A DNA stretch of 64,000 bases from Microbotryum violaceum (taxonomy: Eukaryota), in assembly GCA_001244265.2 (NCBI GenBank), contig CDLV01000010.1, positions 434,001-498,000 of the forward strand. The letters are read 5' to 3'. The position numbers and the translations under genes are program-made. The notes below the pieces were generated by a model. It saw only the letters and a list, made by a program, of their open reading frames with translations, had not been told where the DNA came from and did not search any database. Of this stretch, positions 35,501 through 48,163 are shown in pieces (position 1 is the stretch's first letter; each line of letters opens with the position of its first letter).

Positions 35501-36192
35501 CGACGGTTGACATTCGGTCGCCTCTGAGTCACTCGGTCGTGACTGCTACCTTGGACGCCGAACGCGATGAGGAGGGACGCGAGGAGGAAGAGGATGAGGA
35601 TGAAGAGGACGATGAGGCTGAAGACGATGAGGACGATGAGGATGAAGACGATGAGGACGATGAGGATGAGGACGATGAGGATGAGGACGATGAGGAGGTC
35701 GAAGAAGACGACGCCTCAGATGAATATGAGGAAGCTTCGTCAGAGTCGGAGGACGAAGACGAGCTTATTCCCGTACCGCGCAGATCCACTGGGCGCGCAT
35801 CCACGGCACGCACTTCCATGGCACGCGCTTCACTCAACGCCAGTACACCCGCGAAAATGCGAGCTCCGATGGTCGAACGCTCACAGCCTGTCTTGCCTGA
35901 TTTCGAAGAAGAGGTCGTCATCGACGTGACGACCAAGTCCGTGCTCAAGACACCAGCAAAGGAGCGCGTAAGCAGCATCGCTTTAATCAACTACACGGAA
36001 CAGGACGAGAATGACGAGATTGTTCTCGGCTCGCCGATGAAGTCCGTCAAGAAGAAGCGCAATCTCGGTGGGAGTAGCTCGTCTCGGTTCAAGGACGTCG
36101 ACGACCTCGATGCGATCGCCGACTCTCTGGCGCCCAAGACCCCTGTGGCGAAGACCTCGATTGCGGCTAGCATTCGATCACTTAAACGCTAG
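32536..36192 (+). CDS. Kinesin motor protein, probably kinesin-6 (MKLP/Klp9-like), with acidic tail
   Basis: AYLRVRP, P-loop AYGTTGSGKT, SSRSHSVF, DLAGSER, INKSLMVLGQC, VPFRHSKLT, MIVNVNPYETSFDENSHVMKFSA. Confidence 0.9.
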
Positions 36193-36392
36193 CAGTTCGT
36201 CGTTGACAGCGTCCAGAGCTTTCGAATCTCGGAGGCATGATTTTTCCGACATATTCTTCTTGCTTCGTGATTCTGACTCTACTTGTGAAACTGACATTAC
36301 TACTTGTGCAATACTCCCGGACCTGCCCCAGACCTGTACCGGGGTCTAGAATTGAAGGATCGTCGAGTAGATTGGTTTTACCGATCATTCCT

Positions 36393-37437
36393 TCATGCTC
36401 TTTCAAACAATAGTAAAACGTTGCCCTCCTCATCCTGGTTGATGCTCCGCTTGTTCGCTTGGCATTTCTTGTGGGGAGTGGAACGGTGATTCTCGCTGAC
36501 TTCATGCTTGGATGCGATTTCTGTACAATCATTCCTGCGAGAGCAAGCTTTTTGTCTCCGCTCGGCCGCTGGAGGTTCCTTCGAAGCAACTTGGGCTGTT
36601 ATTGAAGACGACGAATTGTCCACCTGCGCGACACTGGAATCTTGGTACGCTGGACTCGCCTGCTCCGCGAACTCCACCTCGTAACCAAATCCATGTTCTG
36701 AGCGCCTTTCGAACCACCCTTCCCTCTCCTCCCGGAGCTGATTGACTCCTCGTTGCACCTTGTAGAACGCCTCACTCTCGACAGCGGTCATCCGATCCAG
36801 CTTGTAACTCAGCTCCGACACTCGTTGAAGAAGTACCTCCATCCGAGCAGTCCCACGCTTCGCAAGCTCATCAAACTTTGTATCGATGTACTGCCGTTGG
36901 GTTTGGCCCAGCTCATGGAGAGAGCGCAAGATATCTCGACCGACCGAGTTGATCGAAGCTTGAACCGAAGCGTTGAATCGGTCCGAAAGGACATCTGTTG
37001 ACCTTGTTAATATTCGCACAGTTAATTCCCCCTTCCCGTACAATGTCACCAGACCGACCTTGAGTAGCCTGAAGCGATTGAGGCCCGAAGAACTGGGCGA
37101 CCTGCTCTTGCAATGCCTGAAGCTTTTGGGGTACTTGAGACAAGGGGGAGTCCGGGGCGAGCAGGTCCTTGATCGCCTCCAGTTCGATGCCGAGCTTTTC
37201 AATTTGCACCAGTAAGCGAGCTCGATCGAGAGGTGTCGAAGTGGTGCCGCCTGTAACAGATCCAAAGCTGTTGGAACCGGTGCTAAGGGGTCTGCCCTGG
37301 CCGATTCGAGATGCTCGTCGGAGATTTGACCGAGCGGCGGTCGGGGCCGAGGGTTGTGGCTGGGACTGGGACGGGCCCGACTGCCAGCACTGCGACGGCG
37401 GCTGTGATAGCGAGTGCAAGGTGCTTGTAAACGACAT
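36393..37437 (-). CDS. Hypothetical protein with Ser/Gln-rich N-terminus and coiled coil, two exons
   Basis: ATG at 37437; intron ~37058-36996 (GTCGGT..CTAAT..CAG) joins QATQ to DVLSDRFNAS..; heptad-like helical segments. Confidence 0.6.
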
Positions 37438-37721
37438 ACTGGTTGGGGGGCGATGGAACAGAGCTTGATGAGCGAGGCTTCGTGACTGAGAGTCACGTCG
37501 CACGAGGTCTGGCTTCTTGGAAGGTCGCTCGGCGGCCGGGTTCCGCCTGGTCCGAGCCCGAGGCGCTCAGGAGACAGCGTTGACGGTGCATGACAAATTC
37601 ACGCCGCGCGCCGCGCGCCGCTCGGACCAGTTCGGATCGTTCTCCACGCCACTCCGCGCCAGTGCCCGATCCGCTCTTTTGACGCTTTGCCTCAACACCA
37701 AGCTCAGTCGCGCACTGATCG

Positions 37722-38833
37722 ATGCCCTCGTTGAAGCCGATCAACTTTACCAAATGGGTCGAGGAGAATGGGGATCGACTCAAGCCACCGGTCAACAACT
37801 ATTGCTTGTCAGTACTGCACGCCTCTAAGCTCGGGTCGGCGCTGAGCTGGGGCGTAGCGCGAAGCACGACGAAGCTGACCAACTCCGTGGCGCGCTCCCG
37901 CTCGATACAGGTACGATGGGGGTGATGTGACCGTTATGGTCGTGGGAGGACCGAATGCACGAAACGGTGAGCCGTCAAGCTACTTTTTCTGGAGGTCCAT
38001 CTCGCCGTACACCGCTCGACCTACCACGGTTTTGACACACGGCGCATTGTCATCGGCGCGTCCCACCATCTAAATCGGGAATCGCAGCTGCAGCCGAATC
38101 GATCGACTCTTTCAACAGCAGTCGCCAGCCGCGGAGTTTACCGAGACATTCCGGCTGACCCAATCTGTTGGCACGACTCAACAGACTACCACATCAACGA
38201 GACAGAGGAATGGTTCTACCAAGTCAAGGGTCCGATGACACTCAAGATCGTCGAGGGCACCACACGATCGACCGACCGACATCCCACCCCGGAGGGACTA
38301 CAGGCGTATCAGGTCCAGGGGGGGACGATGCGTAATATTGAGATCGGGGAGGGGGAGATGTTTTTGTTACCAGGTAGATTCAGGCGAGGATGGTGTCAGG
38401 TTCGTCGTGATATGGTTGCTGACATCGCCTCCAACTTGACAGCCAACACACCGCACAACCCGTGTCGATATGCCGACACGGTCGGGATCGTGCTCGAGCA
38501 GGTTCGGCCCGAGGTCACAGTAGGCGAGTCTACGGCCAGGTCATTACACCATATCAGCCCCAAGTTGACCCTCTATCGCACCTTCAGACCGCCTGCGATG
38601 GTACTGCGACAATCCTGCCCACGAAACCTTGACCCTGATTCGAGAAGTCACGTTCCACTGCACCGATCTCGGCACACAGCTCAAGCCCATCATCGAGGTC
38701 AGTCTCGCGCAGAGAAGAGAGAACCTGAAGCTGTAAGCACACTGACAGATCTACTTGTTCTGTGTAGGAATGGATGACCACTCCCTCACTTCGCAATTGC
38801 GGCGAGTGCGGCAAGGAAGCACCGGCGAAGTGA
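37722..38833 (+). CDS. BNA1: 3-hydroxyanthranilate 3,4-dioxygenase, multi-exon
   Basis: [79 protein letters not shown]. Confidence 0.95.
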
Positions 38834-39186
38834 TATTAGATCCGCGCACATTGGCCGTATTTTTATCATTAATCGCGTAACATCCGCGCGCATCTATACC
38901 AACTTTCTTCCTCAACTTATTCCTTATCATCTTCCCTCGTCTTGTCGTGTGCCCTTATTTTTTTTGCAAAATTACATCAGTGGTTCAAAAAAAAAAAAGC
39001 GAGGGATAATGCAGTGCGAGACTAGGGGGTACGACGAAAGAAGTGGTGCGAGAGAATGTGAACAAGATGGCCTCGGAAGCAGAAACAGGAAACGAGCGCT
39101 CATGGGGAATCAAGTGAAGCAGATGATGCAAGAGGGAAGGTGTTCAAGGCGCACAGCGCCGATGACGATGGTGCACTGCCAGATGC

Positions 39187-40011
39187 CTAGGTCTCAGCAA
39201 CATCGCTCACCTTGCCGTCTTCTCGTTCTTCTAGCTCGTCATCTTCGCGATCCGAATCACCTTCGTCATCACTGATAAACTGCCTCTTCTCCGGAAACGG
39301 CGTCGGGACGAACGATTTCGTAGGGCGGAAACTCTTGACGACGAGCGTCGGCGTTTTGGCCAAACCTAGATCTTCTTTACTCGGCGTGACCGCTGCGGAA
39401 GCCATTCCGATGACTTTGAAGGGGACGGTGTCATCAAGAACTTGTTCGAGAGGTGGGGAGATCTTCAGATCCGACAGCGCAAAGATGTCAGGGCGCTTCC
39501 CGCTCGCGACGGACGATCGTCGTCGAGCGAGCAAGGAGCCACCTGCGGTCGGGGTCGTGGCTGACGTCGGTGATATGGTTGTCGGGATCCTCTGAGACCG
39601 CTCACTTTTTGCAGGGTTTTCGTTTAGAGGGACAAACCCGGTTGACTTGAGCGATTTGGTGATGATCGTCGGCCTCTGCGGTTTCGTGTCGGGCGCAAAG
39701 GAGCATCGCGACTCCTGGTTGCCGCTGCCAGCACTCGAAGCGACAGGGGCGGTAGGTGAGACGTTCGAATGGTCGACATATGACGCTTCTCCGAAGCTAA
39801 AGATCGACTCGGAAGGCGAGGGGATAAAAATCGAATTCGGACTGAAGCGAAGGACAGGGCTGAGGATGATGCTCGAGGTCGAGGTGTTGCGTCGCAAACC
39901 CGGCCGCGGGAGCGTCGAGGTCGTGCCTGACCGATGACGGGGGCTACCCGTCCATTTGTTATTGCAGCTCGTGGCAGAAGGGCTGGGAGGGAGGTGCAAA
40001 ACGCTAGCCAT
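39187..40011 (-). CDS. Hypothetical Ser/Pro/Thr-rich protein with acidic C-terminus
   Basis: 274-codon ATG ORF in good context (AAAATGG); no family recognised. Confidence 0.6.
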   Translation of the reverse strand: MASVLHLPPSPSATSCNNKWTGSPRHRSGTTSTLPRPGLRRNTSTSSIILSPVLRFSPNSIFIPSPSESIFSFGEASYVDHSNVSPTAPVASSAGSGNQESRCSFAPDTKPQRPTIITKSLKSTGFVPLNENPAKSERSQRIPTTISPTSATTPTAGGSLLARRRSSVASGKRPDIFALSDLKISPPLEQVLDDTVPFKVIGMASAAVTPSKEDLGLAKTPTLVVKSFRPTKSFVPTPFPEKRQFISDDEGDSDREDDELEEREDGKVSDVAET

Positions 40012-43000
40012 TTTAGGTCCAGATAAATTGGCTGTGCTGAACGAGCAATAGAACGCGGTGTGAACGGGTCAAGGTCGAGCTGGGTTACCGGCGGTGGCTT
40101 CTGCGACGCCGACGTCTGTGGAGTAAGCAGGGGCCAAGGATTGAGATCGCCGAAGGAGAATCAGCGTGAGACCTCCACGGCACGTTATCACGGGATTCTC
40201 CGATCTCGCTCAAAGAAAGTTACCGTTGATACGGTGATGTAGAGCATGAACGTAGGCTTACCAGGTATTCAACTGCGACAGGCACGAATCGATGTATCTT
40301 CTGGTGATTGAGCGGACGGTGGGAGAGGTGCAAGAGATGGAAGTGTTGGTACCCGTTCAAAGAACGTCAACGACGACCGGCGATGAGCACATTGATCGAG
40401 GGGCGGAATCGGCGCCAGTGAGCGGGCGAGTAAGGACGGTCTTACGAGCCCGAGGCGGGCAGTCGCAGGCGTTGGCCGCGGTGCGAAAAAGGTTTTAGTG
40501 CGAGTTCAGGCGGTGAACCACCCCCGTTTTCGCGTTTTGTCTTGCTCTAACCTCCTCGTCCTCGAGCGCGTCCGGGACAAAATCCGACGACCCGTCTTTT
40601 TTGCGCACACAGCGCAGGCCGACGTAGGTACGGGCTGGGTTTCAAAGTGCCCACGTCATCGACGTCATTGGGATACCTGAAGCGAGATCAGCGACAATTA
40701 CGGATATATTGTCAAAAAATGCCGTATCCCCTGTACAGCTCACTCCAATGCAAATTATTTCCTCTTCCTCGGGAGGTTGGGTAGGTTGTTGATCAGCACA
40801 GCATTCAATTGAATCGGAAGAACGACCCCGAGCGGGGAACGTTGGCGAACGGTCCCCCAAAAAGGTCGGCAGCGGCAGCTGGCCGCGCCGCGAAGAGCCC
40901 TGTTCGGCCGCAGTGCTCGCACTATACGCAGGATCGGTCGCGGCACGGCTTTCACCACGGGCCACGACGCAGGTCGCGGGGGAGCCTTTGGTTTCGATGT
41001 CCTCGCGTGCCGGCGTGGGGTCTCAGCACTCTATCGAGCTGTGGGTATGATATGAAAATGCGGGCGGAGAGCGTAGGATCTTCGAACGTTAGTCTGCGGA
41101 CTTCGCCGCATATTTGTAGGTACGTAGGGCGGAACGGTAGGTAGGTACTAGGTAGGGCATCGGGTAAGCAAATAGACTTTCGAGGGAATAGATAAATCGC
41201 TGCGGGGAGCCGTTTTCTTCTCGGTCCGAGCGCGTAGACGCCTCCTACTGTACTGATGAGACGCAGGGCCTTGGTACTACATGACCAGTAGTGAGAAGTG
41301 CTCGAATTGAGCTGAATCCGATATGTGCGCAAGGGGAAGTTCGGCTCTGCTAGTATCCCAGCGAGAATCGTGTCATTGCCCTCCGAGCAGCGCGTACGGC
41401 ACTACTCGAACCTGCCATCAAAAAGGGGCTGCGCTCCGCAGGCTTGCGGTGTCGATCTCGGAACGGGGTCCCACACAATGCTTTTCTGCTGGCAGACAAG
41501 CTCGCATTCGTCCCCAGTAGACCAGTGTCATAGGGTGCACTTCCATTTTCCTCGTGTCTGTGAAAAAACGTTTTCTTCAACTTGGTGCAGTGACGGCCGC
41601 TCGTGCCGACGTGCACGGACGGCCGTTCTTGCACTCCGAATCCTTAAACCGTCGGTCGTAAGAACTAAGTTGCCTCGCCTTTCCTCGGTCTTGAAGTTTT
41701 GGAGGGTCGTCGATGGTCATTATTATGAGACTGAGGTGAGTTTTCAACATTTAGTTTCTCGGCGAGGAACCAGACAGGTCGGGTGTAGGCGCGGTATGTG
41801 TGCAAGTGACCGAGTCGGTCACAATGACAGCACAAAGACTAGACAAGCTATAGCTACAACTTGCCGGGCGGCGGGAGCGGATGTTCTGCTCACTCTTTGT
41901 CTTGAGCGCAGGGGCCATGCAAAGAGAGCCGCTGGGCCCGGCGGGAACTGCCACTGCTCCGAGTCCGGACTCGCCGCTTCCTGAGCTTCAGTATCCGGCT
42001 CCCCGTGAGCTGGCATGGAAAATGATTTACCTCGAAATCTTCAATAAATTAGATCAAGCGCGCACCGAAAGCGCCGATGAACTGTTTGTTCGTCTGCGGC
42101 ATCGCGATTTTCGGTTCGGGGGTTCTTGGAAACACTCCCCCGCCCACAACTCCAAAGCCGGGCGTCGCGAAGGATTGATCCGAGCACGCACACTCGAGAA
42201 ATAGGACGCCCGTTCTCCTCATTTGAGTCCTCTTACGAGTCCTAGCACCCAGCTCAATTCGTTATGCCCAGGTTGTAGTACACTCAGTGGGGAGCGTCTG
42301 TCCCCAGCCTTTGAGCGGGTGCCAAGATTTAGAGCGTGTCCGACCGGGAATCCTACGACGACCCATACGGGATTCCCTCAGCCAAATTAGAGACTGAGGC
42401 ACTTTTACCAGATTCAAAATCTCATACGGGAGAAGAAGAACCGGCGAGTGCGATAGGGCGGACTGTTCGGCTACTTTTCGGTGCGAGTTGGGCAGCTTCA
42501 ACAAGTTTTCCCGGTGTGGCGCGTCGTGTCCTCTATCGAATTTGATTTCAGTCAGTTTCGCTAAAGCATAGACTCAAAAAATCATCAGTACTTGAGGTCT
42601 CCAAATTATAGTGGAACTAGACATTCTCGATGTACGAAATCTCACCGTCCTTCGAGCGGCTTCGGGCGCCTCGGGCGCCGAGATCTTTGTCGGCGATCGA
42701 AGCGGCGCCATGTTCAGATGTAAGAGCACTGTTCGAATAGGTAGAGAGCATGTATGAGTGGTCACTCCCACCAATTTCACTATGAGAGATTTCCGTAAAA
42801 GGGTTTTACCAGCCGGACAAACTCTATGTTAGACAATCTTGAAGGTGGGCGGATGCCGCACTGATCACGTGACGGCGGGAGCAAGTTCAGATTGGCAATC
42901 GCAACGATGAATGCCCGCCAATGCCCAGCGATGCCGATCACAGGACACGAGTATATGCCATCAAGAGTGTCAGATAAGTGAACAAGAGGCCTTAAAGGCC

Positions 43001-43252
43001 ATGTTAAATAAGCTTCATGCAGTGCTAAACGCTCGGCGGTCGGCCCATTCTGCCGAGAACCGAGCCGTAATAGGTCTCAGCCTGGATGGCAAGCGCTATC
43101 GGCGTGCCGTCGCATCGATCCGTTTTGGGAACCAACGAAGCGAGACGAAGCGGTGTGGGGGCAGTGACCTGGCGGGTCCTTGTCGTTACCGCACGCGGTT
43201 TCGCCCCTTTCTCTACTGTGCCTTATACTGCAACAACTCAACTCATGCCACG

Positions 43253-45265
43253 ATGCCTTCCACTGTCGTCCCTCAACTGAGCAAACGCGGCGTGAACGCG
43301 CTGCATCGACCCCCTTTGCTGCGATGTGCGCTGTTCGACTGCCAGTACACGAGCAGCGACACGTCGGGGCTGATCAACATGGGCGTTGCCGAGAATTCGC
43401 TGCTCACCGACTGGCTGCTCGAATACTTTCACTCCAACTTCAAGCTCGAGTACAGTGATTTCACCGTGAGTCGGAGTGGTATTTATTCTACCTGTCTTTG
43501 TTGATGCGCCCGAGCATCCCCTGCACGGACGCCAACTTGTGGCTATTACTGTGCTCGTCTCCGAAGTCGGCGAGACGATTGTCTCGTTCGGGGAAACCCG
43601 AGCAGAACCGCGCGCTGACCGTTGTCGACCGCGTGCTCCAACTCTGAAACAGTACGGTACGGCCCTCGGAGGTGAGTAGGAGACTCGACAACAACAGGAA
43701 CACCTCGTACAAACAGCTCATCTACCCTCCCATCTTCAGGCTCCATCCGACTCTTCAAGGCGTTGAACCACCTGTTCGACAAATACTTCCACGCCCGAGT
43801 GCCCGTCTCACGAGAACACATCGTCGCGGGAACAGGATGTGCGTCATGACGAACAAAATTTTCTCGATTGCCCTGTGAAGCGTGGCTCACATGTGGTCAT
43901 GCGTACAGGTGGAACTGTAATCGATTTGCTCGTTTCCTGCCTCGCTGATGACGGGGATGGAATCCTGGTGTGAGTCTCCAAGATTCCCTTACTTTGATGC
44001 TCCTCACTGAAACAATCGGTTGCGATGGCAGTGCTTTGCCCCACTACAGCGGCTTCGTGTCGAGCTTCGGATGCCGTAATCAGGTCGTCGCTATTGGAGT
44101 CGAGCTCGAGCAGGGTCAGGAGGCCGATGCATCATCGCTTGAGCGCTTCGAAGCCGAATTCGTCGAGAGCGAGAAGAATGGTGTCCCAATCAAAGCCGTC
44201 ATGCTTTGCAACCCTCAAAACCCTCTAGGTCAGTATGTGTGCGTATCGGTAGTCTGGTAGGATCGGAGCTAATCAAGATTAGTGACCGCCACAAGGCTTC
44301 TGCTACTCGAGAGAGACAATACTGGCTTATTGTCGCTTTGCCGAAAAGCACAACATCCATCTCATCGTCGACGAAATCTACGCCCTGTCCACCTTCAGCA
44401 CACCCGAATACCCCGACGCCGTACCCTTCACCTCGATTCTCGCGATCGACACCCTCGGCGAGGCCGGTTGCTCCCCTGCTCGCGTGCATGCCGTCTACGG
44501 TGCCTCGAAAGATTGGGGAGCGAACGGCCTTCGTATCGGAGCGTTGATCTCGCAGGCGAACCCGGAATTGCACATCGCGATGGAATCGAGTTGTCTGTTG
44601 ATGAAGATCTCGTCCCCCGCCGATGCTTTATGGTCCAGTCTATTGCTCGACCCCGTGGCGCTGCCCAAATACATCGAGATGAACCAGTCCAAGTTGGCGG
44701 AACACTACCAGGTGGCCGTGGATTGGTTGAAGAGGCATGAAATCCCGTTTCGACCGAGCAATGCGGCGCACTTTATTTGGATCGATCTGAGGAAGTGGTT
44801 ACCGACGCAAACGAGGTAAGGGATCGCAAATGTTCAACCCTGGTGCAGGACTAAAAGCGGACTAAAAGCTGACATGGTTGTAATGGTTCGACCGTTCCGA
44901 TAGTGATGGTCAAGCGATCGAACCGGGCATGGCACAGGAAGCAGAGCTTGCCGCTCGCTTCGCCGAGCAAGGTGTCGTTTTGGTCAGTCGTCGCTGGAAT
45001 GCTTATTGCCGGTGGGGAAGCCCAGCTGATTGTTCCCTTTCTCTCTTGCCAGGCTCGAGGTGCGGCTTACGGCCACTCCGTCGCCGGCTACTTCCGCTTG
45101 ACCTTTTGTCTCCGACCCGAAGTATCGGCAATCGGACGAGGTCGTGTCGAACGGGCTTTGGGACTGCAGTTGACGCAGAGGGAGGTGAAGGTGAAGGTGT
45201 CGAAGGAAGATATGAGGGCGCTCAAGGAGGTTGAAGATGCGTTGCATGATTTGGATACGCAGTGA
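43253..45265 (+). CDS. PLP-dependent class I/II aminotransferase-fold protein, ACC-synthase-like, many exons
   Basis: GLINMGVAEN, LCNPQNPLG, HLIVDEIYA, PLP-lysine motif YGASKDWGANGLRIG, HFIWIDLR, GYFRLTF. Confidence 0.85.
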
Positions 45266-45629
45266 GGAGCTAAAGGGGCGTGGGGTATTTGGTGAGCTTA
45301 GGGGCTGGGGGTGCCCTGGCTGGGAGGCGGGGAGTCTCGGATGGCGTTTCTTGTTTCTTTCTTGGGTAGTCTTTTGGGTCACGTCTCTTCAGTAACTTTG
45401 CGCTGTTCAGTACGCGTACGCGGCATGACGGCATGACCGATTGGCTGACTGGGCCTCTGCTCGGTAATTCACCACTAGCAATCGACGGCGGAGCTTTGAA
45501 AGCGTGTTCGGACTTTCGCAAACCCCGCGACTGGACTGCGGCTAAGCTTCACATGCGCCCTCCTCGTCTCGGCTCGTCTTCGCTACGGCTCACCCCACTT
45601 CGAACGCACCTCCTTTTGATCTCTCAACT

Positions 45630-46158
45630 ATGTCTTTCTTCGGCACCGGTGCACGTTCGGCGCCCGCGGCGGGTCAATTGGACCAACAACGGCTCGGCGA
45701 AGCGGCGATGGAGCTCGAGGCGGTGTCGGACCTGTTCAACCGGATCGTGTCGTCGTGCCATGCCAAGTGTATCTCGACAAGGTACACCGAAACGGAGTTG
45801 AACAAGGGGGAAGGGGTTTGTGTGGATCGGTGAGTTGGAGAATCTGGAATTGGCGGGGATGAGGCAGGGAGAAGAGTTGGGTTCACTTGGGATGCAGGGA
45901 GGTGGTGGTGGTGGTTCAGGCCGTGGTGCTCCAGTGGGGTGTAGGATAGTATGAGCTGACAAGTTGTTGCGTTGATCCAGATGTGTGTCCAAGTACTTTG
46001 CCGCGAACGAAAAGGTTCAAGAACGATTACAAAAGTGAGGCCGGGTTCCGAAAGGGCTGACGAGGCAGGGCAGGTGAAGGGGGATTACTGATCAGGTATT
46101 GCTTGTTCGACTTGTCTACAGTGCACAAAAGGCCGGTGGAGGAGTCGCTGGGATGTAA
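45630..46158 (+). CDS. TIM10: Mitochondrial intermembrane-space small Tim chaperone
   Basis: ELEAVSDLFNRIVSSCHAKCI..ELNKGEGVCVDR-CVSKYF (twin CX3C); three exons. Confidence 0.92.
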
Positions 46159-46704
46159 ATACAACGCGGGGCAGTACGAGACAAGAGCTCGGATTTGCAG
46201 GTCGGAGGGAGGTGGAAAGCAGGAGAGAGGACACGTCCTGGACTGGGAAGAGACGAGAGAGATATCATGCACTGAGCAACCGCAACCAACAATCACAACT
46301 TCACATGTTCCTTGTGCGGCGGGAGAAATGCTCCTCCGAGACGGGAGAACTTGGCTGTGAATAAGGCAGTCTTTTCCGATCGAGAGCCTCACTGCGCGCG
46401 GGGTGGACGCAGGGCAAGCTTGCAACACAGCGGATGCAACCTCAAGAAATAGAGTGATACGGTGATCGTGTGAACAGCGTGATCAAGTAGTGGTCTCGCT
46501 CCGAGTCGTCGATTTGAATTCGGTCGAATATAAAATGAGCGAACCGCAGCCGGCTTTGCAATGGCTCGTGCTCTTCACCGGCTTCACCCCCTCCCATCTG
46601 CTGCCTGCCTGCCGTTCGAGCTGTTGCACGCACCTACCCCCTTCGCTTTGTGTCGCTTCTCGTGGACTACCTAGCGAGACTCTGCTCATCCACGCAGTCA
46701 AAAC

Positions 46705-48163
46705 ATGGTACGTCGCCCCGAATTGGATGACGAAGGCTGCTGCGACTCGTCGAGCTGACGCGTCACCGCGCTGCTGCACCTGACCCTCCTCCGCCATCTC
46801 ATCTCGCACTCGTGACACCTCGAACAGTCGTCGATCGGAACAGGATACGATCTCTCGTCGTCGACCTACTCCCCCGATGGTCGCATCTTCCAGGTACGCG
46901 CATGCCCCCCACACGGCTCACGGCTCCGTCCCTTACGTCGCACCGTGAACAGCCCCCGGCGACCATGTTCAACAGGACTGAAATATTCCTTTTGCCCTCC
47001 TGCCCCAACAGGTCGAATACGCCAACAAGGCAGTCGAGAACTCGGGCACGGCGATCGGATTGAGGTGCAAGGACGGCGTAGTGCTCGCCGTCGAGAAGCT
47101 CGTCACCTCCAAGCTGCTCGTTCCGGGCGCCAACAAGAGGATCGCAACAGTTGATTCGCATGCTGGTGTTGTAAGTTGAACTGGTTCTCGCTGCGGAGAC
47201 TCACTGGGTCCTCCCACGTGAAGGCGGCAGAGGGATGACGAAGCTCTCGCTCGTCTGGGCCGGCTTGCTGCGACGAGTCCTTCACGATCTTTAATGCTGT
47301 CATAATTCGTACCGACTCTTTCTTCCATACTCCCCACACACCACCATCACAGGCAACAGCTGGCTTGCTCGCCGACGGTCGACACATCGCGAACCGCGCG
47401 CGTGACGAATGCGAGGACTATCGCAACAACTACAACACACCCATCTCGACAAAGGTAGACAAGAGCCAATGCAGCGATAAGCTGTTGTTTTCCAAACTGA
47501 TCCTATCCCTTCTCTGCTCCCCGCCGCACAGATGCTCTCCGAACGACTATCCCTCTACTTCCAAGCCTACACGCTCTACTCGTCCGTACGACCGTTCGCC
47601 CTCTCTGCGATCGTGGCCGGATGGGATGCACCGGATGGTATCGCCGAAAAGAAAGCCGAAGGGTTGCCCAAGCTGTTTTGTATCGAGCCGAGTGGAGTGT
47701 ACTGGGTCAGTCGCGGCGTGGAACCGCCGTTTCACATTTGGCTTCGGTGATGACTGACCAAAGCGTTGTTCCAAAACTCTAGGGCTACCGAGGGTGTGCG
47801 ATTGGGAAAGGACGACAATTGGCACGGACCGAAATCGAGAAGCTCAAACTGGAAGAGTTGACCGTCAAAGAAGCTTTGATCGATGCCGCCCGAATGTGAG
47901 TCCAGGCGTATACACTTCGACCAGGACCCACGCAAAAGCCGATTGCTGATTATGGTGGGTGGATCTTGCGCGGCTTTCTCACACACCGTCAACAGTATAC
48001 ACCAAGTCCACGACGAAGCCAAGGACAAGGATTTCGAACTCGAGTTGTCGTGGATTTCCCCGGCTAGTGGGTGGAGGCATCAAGCCGTGCCCGGGACCTG
48101 GCCGACGCGGCCGAGAAGAAGGCCAAGGAGATCTTGGATGCCGAGAATGAGATGGAGGAGTAA
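46705..48163 (+). CDS. PRE10: 20S proteasome subunit alpha-7 (PSMA3)
   Basis: [62 protein letters not shown]. The acidic C-terminus needs +1 nt at 48090-48095. Confidence 0.93.

Noticed and set aside
35567-35765. GAY/GAR trinucleotide-like tract
   Set aside because: Encodes the Asp/Glu-rich kinesin tail; not an independent repeat.
40012-43252. ORFs in the long intergenic gap (e.g. 41325-41984, 41881-42204)
   Set aside because: No recognisable motifs, and candidate splice sites do not join in frame; a non-coding transcript cannot be excluded.
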